From Macrostomum hystrix (lineage: Eukaryota; Animalia; Platyhelminthes): a DNA stretch of 64,000 nt. The notes beneath the pieces are model-generated. The model searched no databases. It saw only the letters and a program-made list of their open reading frames with translations, and was not told the DNA's origin. This document shows, in pieces, positions 56,440 through 64,000 of this stretch. Each line of letters opens with the position of its first letter. The stretch's first letter is position 1. The position numbers and the translations under genes were made by a program. The stretch spans positions 21,700,001 to 21,764,000 of the forward strand of contig CATNEN010000001.1 in assembly GCA_950097015.1 (NCBI GenBank), in the 5' to 3' direction.

Positions 56440-57555
56440 TTCAATCTAAATCCCAAATCCAATAGATCCCAATCCCGTATCCAATAGATCCCAATCCCAA
56501 ATCCAATAGAACCCAATCCCGTATCCAGTAGATCCCAATTCCAAATCCAATAGATCCCAATCCCAAATCCAATAGATCCCAATAGAAAGAGAATAGGGAA
56601 TTGGGAAAAGAGATTGGGAGATTAAAAAGAGAGATTGGGAAGAGACACTGGGAGATAAGGAAGAGAGATTGGGAGTTCGGGAAGACAGGTCGGGAGATTG
56701 GGAAGAGAGACTAGGAGATTGGGAAGAGAGACTAGGAGATTGGGAAGAGAGACTAGGAGATTGGGAAGAGAGATTGGGAGATTGGGAAGAGAGACTGGGA
56801 GATTGGGAAGAGAGACTGGGAGATTGGGAAGAGAGATTTGGAGATTGGGAAGAGAGACTGGGAGATTGGGAAGAGAGACTAGGAGATTGGGAAGAGAGAC
56901 TGGGAGATTGGGAAGAGAGATTTGGAGATTGGGAAGAGAGATTGGGAAGAGAGATTGGGAGATTGGAAAGAGAGACTGGGAGATTGGGAAGAGAGACTGG
57001 GAGATTGGAAAGAGAGATTTGGAGATTGGGAAGAGAGATTTGGAGATTGGGAAGAGAGATTGGGAGATTGGGAAGAGAGACTGGGAGATTGGAAAGAGAG
57101 ATTTGGAGATTGGGAAGAGAGATTGGGAAGAGAGACTGGGAGATTGGGAAGAGAGATTGGGAGATTGGGAAGAGAGACTAGGAGATTGGAAAGAGAGACT
57201 GGGAGATTGGGAAGAGAGACTGACTGGGAGATTGGGAAGAGAGACTGGGAGATTGGGAAGAGAGACTGACTGGGAGATTGGAAAGAGAGACTGACTGGGA
57301 GATTGGAAAGAGAGACTGACTGGGAGATTGGGAAGAGAGACTGACTGGGAGATTGGAAAGAGAGACTGACTGGGAGATTGGGAAGAGAGACTGGGAGATT
57401 GGAAAGAGAAACTGGGAGATTGGGAAGAGAGATTTGGAGATTGGGAAGAGAGATTGGGAAGAGAGATTGGGAGATTGGAAAGAGAGATTGGAAAGAGAGA
57501 CTGGGAGATTGGGAAGAGAGATTGGGAAGAGAGTTTGGGAGATTGGAAAGAGATT
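56440..57555. repeat. ATCCCAAT-type array (56440-56585) followed by a ~21-bp GGGAGATTGGGAAGAGAGACT array
   Basis: Visible. Confidence 0.92.
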
Positions 57556-58129
57556 GCTTATAGTGTGGGAAAACTGGATTTAATGAGATTGGTAGTTCAT
57601 TGTTGAAAAGTCGCTGGTTTAAAAGATAACTCCAATATTGTTTTTGGAAATGGAATATTCTGAAATTCCCACGAAATCAGCCAGAATTCCAATGCCTCAC
57701 AGTGCGATCATTGCGAAACAATACTGGGAGCTGCTGTGCTCACGCGAGCGTGATTTGAATTCTCCGGCACAATGGAATGAGATTGACTGCAGTCTGCAAT
57801 GCAGCTGTTATTCAGTCTGCATCGTTAGTTCGTCCACAATGCTTTGCTTTTTTTCGTTTTTCCTCTTAGTAAAAATCATAATTTTCGTTTGCTTTTCAAT
57901 ACGCGAATCGGCCAGGGCAATACTAATTCAATAATTCAATAATTTGCGGCAGTCTAGACCGTAGCTATCCCAGATACCTTTTTGAGTTGCCTAGATAATC
58001 CATTTTGCAGGATTGCATTTTTCAGTTTTTCTAATTCTAAAACGAGTTTTTCTCTGTTTAAAGTTATAAAAAATTTACATGAGTGCATTTAGCGTGAGTG
58101 CCGCGCTTTTGAATTTCCCGTTTTCGAGA

Positions 58130-58585
58130 TTTCCTTCCGCATTTCCCAGTTTTTAGGATTTACTCGTTCAGGGATTTTCCTGTCGTGGGATTTCCCTGTT
58201 TTGGGATTCATAGTTTTTATTTACTTTTTCAGGGATTTCACTGTTCGATGATTCCATTTCTATTGGATTTGTCTCGTCTCCCTGTCATAGGATTTCCTTG
58301 TTTTTTTGGATTTCTCAGTTTTGGGATTTCCCTGATTCGGGATATCCCCATTTCGAGATTTCCCTGTTTTGGGATTTCCCTGTTTTTGGGATTCCTAGTT
58401 TTGGAATTTCCCAGTTTTGGGAAATCCCTGTTTTGGGATTTCCCTGCTTTGGAGTATTTCGGTCTTGGGAATTCCCCTTTTTGGGATTTCCCTGTTTTGG
58501 AAATTCCCAGGTTTGGATTTCCCAGTTTTTGGATTTCCCTGTTTGGATTATTCCAGTCTGGGGAAATCCCTTTTTAGATTTCCCT
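58130..58585. repeat. Degenerate ~18-bp repeat (GGGATTTCCCTGTTTT)
   Basis: Visible. Confidence 0.8.
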
Positions 58586-59564
58586 TCACTATTATTCTGG
58601 TTTAATTAACTAACTGAACTAAAGACAAATACTGACATTGAAAGTCCTCTTAAACATAATAAGGATAGGCAACAGAGTAGTCTCAAACGCAAAATTTATA
58701 GCGGCTATAGCGGCGGGAATTGGTCGAGAAGCGAGGGACTCAATGGACTCAAGGCACTCAAGCGGGGGGGAAAGTGCTGGATTCAGGCACTAGCGTTTTG
58801 TTACAAGCATTAGGCTAGTAGGAATTTGTGTCGCAGAGAAAAAATGCTCAACCTATATCAGTCTCGGCGATATTATTGATCCACGACTCGGAATATTCGG
58901 CTATGGAGATGGGAGAAAGGGACGGATGGGAAGAGGGGATTTTTTTAAAGAGACTCCTATAGTCTAGATGAAGATAGGCTCATTGGAGGCTAAAGGGTGA
59001 GTGCCGCTGGGTTAGGGACTGGGGAGTCACAGATGGCCGTTGTCCCACATTCTGCAAGCCAAGCAGTAAGTGTCATCTGCCCCCCTCCCCACCCAGATTA
59101 TCAATATTTCTCCTCGAGACAGTCATTTGCGCATTTTATGCAGTCATCTAATCTGCCCTCCTCACTGCCGATGAAGCTTTGTGCCAGCTGTGGCTTGGAG
59201 CCCCCAGGATACCTTTGCAATGGGGATATTCTAGCCTGCACTGCTCTGGGAGGGGATATTTTAGGGCACGGATGTAATTCCAAAGAACGGGGATTCTAAA
59301 TACAGATCGGCAGCTAACGATGATCCTTTGCATGAGGATATTTAGGGTAGATATTCTTCTGATGAGCATTGTTGAGACAGGGTCTAGTTCGCGAGGCAAC
59401 CCTTTGAGATAAGAACAAATGGGCTGGGATTCTTGGCAATGGGATGAATGAAACTGGGATTGAATTCTTGAGTTTTTACTTTTATGGATGGGGATCTTTG
59501 AAATAAGATTCTTGGGATGGGATTCTTTAGGACTCTTTATAATGAGGATCTTAGAGATTGGGTA

Positions 59565-60365
59565 ATTGAAATTGGGATAATAGGGATGAGAATAATTGGA
59601 ATTGGGATAATTGGAATTGGGATAATTGGAATTGGGATAATTGGAATTGGGATAATTGGAATTGGGATAATTGGAATTGGGATAATTGGAATTGGGATAA
59701 TTGGAATTGGGATAATTGGAATTGGGATAATTGGAATTGGGATAATTGGAATTGGGATAATTGGAATTGGGATAATTGGAATTGGGATAATTGGAATTGG
59801 GATAATTGGAATTGGGATAATTGGAATTGGGATAATTGGAATGGGGATAATTGGAATTGGGATAATTGGAATTGGGATAATTGGAATTGGGATAATTGGA
59901 ATTGGGATAATTGGAATTGGGATAATTGGAATGGGGATAATTGGAATTGGGATAATTGGAATTGGGATAATTGGAATTGGGATAATTGGAATTGGGATAA
60001 TTGGAATTGGGATAATTGGAATTGGGATAATTGGAATTGGGATAATTGGAATTGGGATAATTGGAATTGGGATAATTGGAATTGGGATAATTGGAATTGG
60101 GATAATTGGAATTGGGATAATTGGAATTGGGATAATTGGAATTGGGATAATTGGAATTGGGATAATTGGAATTGGGATAATTGGAATTGGGATAATTGGA
60201 ATTGGGATAATTGGAATTGGGATAATTGGAATTGGGATAATTGGAATGGGGATAATTGGAATCGAAGTAACTGGAATTGGGATAATTGGAAGATAATTGG
60301 AATTGGGATAATTGGAATTGGGATAATTGAAATTGGGATAATTGGCAATGGAATGGGATAATTGG
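59565..60365. repeat. 15-bp minisatellite (GGAATTGGGATAATT)
   Basis: Near-perfect array. Confidence 0.97.
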
Positions 60366-61387
60366 CATTGGGACCTTTGAAATCTGGATTGGGATCGGAG
60401 CCTTCGAGATGAAAATCCTGTATTAGGATCCCGTGAATTCGCAAAACCAATTCAACAAGGCATCCAACATCTCAAAATACTCCCCAGCCAATTTTTTACT
60501 CTAATCCTGGCTCGCAAATCCTGGAAAATATCGCCCAGTTGCCGAGCTTAGCAACCGAATCCAACTTAAGTCTGTGGGATGTTTTTGGTCGGCTTCGAGA
60601 AGCAGCAGCTTTGGCGGATGAAAAGCGTGTTAATTTCCTGCAGCTAATTCTGCTGTCTGATTAAAAGATCGTGAGTATTTTCGGCTTGTCGAATCAATTT
60701 AGGCCTGCTAGCGAATTTGCGCGAGACTCAAAAACTCGAGGCTGCCCGCCATCCGTGCTCGAATTCCCTAAACGGCACCCGTCGCTACGGACGCAGTGGC
60801 AGTTGGTTCCAGAGCCAATTTGCATGATTCTCATCATGTGCTCGCAAAATACCACATTTTTCAGTTCTGTCTGTTGCTGGCGGGAAAACATTGACTTTGA
60901 AAATAACAATCGAACTAAAACAATCTTTCTCTTCATACTATTTTTTGAGTTCGTTGAACAATCCCATAGGAATAATTTTTTTATCCAAACGAAAGGTTGA
61001 AAACATGAAAACGAGCACGGACTATAGATGCTGAAGGCTCTGAGAACACTGCAGACTGGCTGAAGTGAATGAGTCCTAGCAAGTAAAGAGCAAAGCAAAC
61101 TTGCTTCGACAGGAAGCGACCTGTTTCAAATCCCTTCAAGTTCTCCATGGCTGGAAATATTCAGGACATGTTCGCGCATATTCCAAGCGACATCATGGCA
61201 GTCTCATTCTCGAATTGAAAAAATGGAATGAAAAATTAAATTCAGTGTTTCCAAATTGGTACTTTAAGAATTGTTCCTGAAGTATGTTCTCAGAATGTTG
61301 CGCATGGACACTACATCTCCAGAGCACACACACACAGATGTGTACGTCTGCCTTAACTTTATCATCTACAGGCAATATACACTCTAC

Positions 61388-61495
61388 AGGGAGGTGACTG
61401 GCCGAGCGGTCTTACGCGTTTGCCTCTCGCACCAAGGTCACTGAGCTCGATTCCGCTGCGAGGCCGCATTCATTTGGGGCGCAGCCGCGGTGCGA
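61388..61495 (+). mobile_element. SINE family 1, 3'-truncated copy
   Basis: tggccgagcgg...ttgcctctcgcaccaaggtc...ctcgattcc...tttggggcgcagccgcgg. Confidence 0.7.
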
Positions 61496-63439
61496 AAGTC
61501 ATCCCACTTACCCCCCTATTCAATATGGATGGAATTACTGCTCGAATTCAAAGGCTTATTTTTCTTATGTTTTTCGTCTTCCGTTTTTGGCAGGCTGTGT
61601 GTTTTTGGGGGAATTTCTTCTTTATCTTATGAAGGCTGCAGAATGGGTCAGGGGGACCCCAAGTGGATCAGTCACACAGCAAATGTCAGATAATGACAAA
61701 TCACTGCACCAAACGGCCAGCCGCTAGTAGTTAGAGAGGTTAGAATTCCTTTTCGGAAATGGTGAGAAAATAACAGCCAGTTCTGGTGGATGCTGTCAGT
61801 AGAAAATTTGCACTTTTAAACTGACTGGACAGCAAAGCAAGAAGTGTGAATGCAGATTTACATCTCGATTACATCTGAATATATGCATGCATTATTAATT
61901 GTGTGCGAGGTCAGAAGTCCCAGAGGCAGCAAAAAAACTAATTAACAAGACGCGCTAATTGCGGCCAAAGTTATAGGGGCCGCCGAGCCAGAAAAGGCGC
62001 ACAACAATAACATGTTAAAGTTGCTTCAGGGAGAAAATGACAGTTGGCCCTAAGCCTTGTGTTTGAAGCCCAAATTACAGGGCGCCTATAACAGGTTTGC
62101 TTCAAAACCTTTTTGTCCTGCCCGCTCTGCCCTGCCAGTCAAGTTTTCCTGAGAACAGGAGGCAAGGAAGGCATTGTCTTAGGTTTATATTGTTCAGTCA
62201 CACACCCGAGGCAACCGAGGTGAATTCGTTCAAAGGGTCAATTTTGAGTAGGACCACCTACTGTCAGGCTGTCTGCTTTCGTACGGGGCGTGCAAAACTG
62301 AAAAAATCTGTCAAGAGTAGCCGGAGGAGGAGGGGCTCGCCAACGGCTTCCGGCCAAGTGAAAGTGGAGAATCGGTTGAGCACAGAATGTAGGCTTTTTT
62401 GGGTCAATATATGTCGTTTATTATAGTGTCTGCTGTGCCCAGTGCAGGGGTATGGGGGTGTGCAGCTATATTTAATTTGGCAGAGACCAATGCTGAGAAC
62501 GAGTCAGCAATTTCGGATGCCCATTTTGTAGTCTCCTCTTTCTTCGAGTCGAGTGTTTAAAAGCTGAGCTTACTCAAGTCTCATTAATTCTTAGACTTTT
62601 TGGCTGTGTCTGTCTAAAATCGTTATTTTAATTAACTTGCTTTCACAGTTTAGGCGAGGCTATAACAAAAACGATAGTGAATTTCAGAAAGTGCGAAATT
62701 TCCTAGAAAATAAGCTGTTTTACTGAATCAAAAATCACATTTTCAAATTTCGCCGAATAGATATTTTTTCTTGGAATGATAAATTTAAAATACTTTCTTA
62801 GAATAGTTTTCTAAGAAACGACACGTTGCTTAATTTGGCCAGACGTACATCCACAAGCAGGTATTGCCCAGCGCTTTCAACGGTTCTGTACAGCTGTTCA
62901 GTCCATGGACACGGAATGTAGACTCGTATTGTTATTATTCTTACGCAGATTTTTTTCTTGGAAAAATTCCAAATCTGGACAAGTGGAAGATTTTTCGCAC
63001 GAGTTTAAAAGCAAGTTGAGCACTTCTACGAAATTTGTCTATCAATTAACAATCGCCAAATCTTTTCCACTGGAGTTAAAAAGCTGTTGTAGGCATACCG
63101 ATCTAACTTAGTCCTTCATTTTTTCTACCTTAATGATACGGAATTCATATTTCGCTGTTTGCCTGCTGCTTGGGGAAGGCAGTGTATTTTGGGGCAGAGA
63201 AGGGTCCAGTCTCAATGACTTACAGGCTGAAATTGTTGCTACAAAAACTAATTGCGCGCAAACAGGTGTGTGTGGGTTCACGGTCTTGTTTGATCTAGAC
63301 AAGACCAAAATCAAAGCCAATAAATGCCTCTAGGAGATTAGCTCGGCCTCCTTATTCAGCAAATATTCGTTGCTTTGCAAGTATAACTGCATGGGGAGGT
63401 GATTTAACGTTACCCAAAATTATTTGAATCCAGTATCTA

Positions 63440-64000
63440 TAATCCTGAAGTGTGCCTGAAGTTCATAGAATCCTACATCCTGAAGTGTCTGAAGTTTATA
63501 AAATCATACATCCTGGAGTGTCTCTGAAGTTCTTAGAACCCTACATCCTGAATTGTGCCTGAAGTTGATAGAACCCTACATCCTGAATTGTGCCTGAAGT
63601 TCCTAGAATCCTACATCCTGAAGTGCGTCTGAAGTTCCTAGAATCCTACATCCTGAAGTGTGTCTGAAGTTCCTAGAATCCTACATCCTGAAGTGTGTCT
63701 GAAGTTCCTAGAATCTTGCATCCTGAAGTGTGTCTGAAGTTTATAAAATCCTACATCCTGGAGTGTCTGAAGTTCCTAGAATCCTACATCCTGAAGTGTG
63801 CCTGAAGTTCCTAGAATCCTACATCCTGAAGTGTGTCTGAAGTTTCTAGAATCCTACATCCTGAAGTGTCTCTGAAGTTTCTAGAATCCTACATCCTGAA
63901 GTGTGTCTGAAGTTTATAAAATCCTACATCCTGGAGTGTCTGAAGTTCCTAGAATCCTACATCCTGAAGTGTGCCTGAAGTTCCTAGAATCCTACATCCT
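63440..64000. repeat. ~33-bp minisatellite (CTGAAGTTCCTAGAATCCTACATCCTGAAGTGTGT-type), runs off the window end
   Basis: Visible. Confidence 0.95.

Noticed and set aside
60694-61098. 134-aa minus-strand ORF (also 53882, 59148, 63108) as a third variable cassette
   Set aside because: No ANF-receptor motifs, no convincing signal peptide and no supporting splice sites

Overview
Eukaryotic (metazoan) genomic DNA with GT-AG introns, GC-rich exons and a very high load of intronic mini/microsatellites. The style suggests a free-living flatworm such as Macrostomum, which is inference only. From left to right the window holds: (1) a 7-exon SEPT2-group (SEPT4/5-like) septin on +; (2) a convergent 3-exon STRAP/UNRIP WD40 gene on -; (3) a head-to-head intact ORF joining a Q/R/G/Y/N-rich low-complexity region to a retropepsin aspartic protease, behind an LTR/PBS-like leader; (4) a single-exon secreted 10-Cys protein; (5) a ~30-kb natriuretic-peptide-receptor-type membrane guanylyl cyclase on -. 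The main finding concerns the cyclase. Two highly diverged 2-exon cassettes (A: 48733-45180; B: 42401-39583) each encode their own signal peptide and the N-terminal ~240 aa of the ligand-binding domain. Both end in a phase-1 donor that fits in frame onto one shared set of 9 constant exons, a protocadherin/UGT1A-like variable-constant receptor locus. Also seen: a perfect 37-bp inverted repeat covering the last splice acceptor of the cyclase, CpG-free zones in the first introns of both housekeeping genes, two tRNA-derived SINE families and ~25 tandem arrays. All gene models were assembled by eye from splice sites and reading phase; no transcript data were available.
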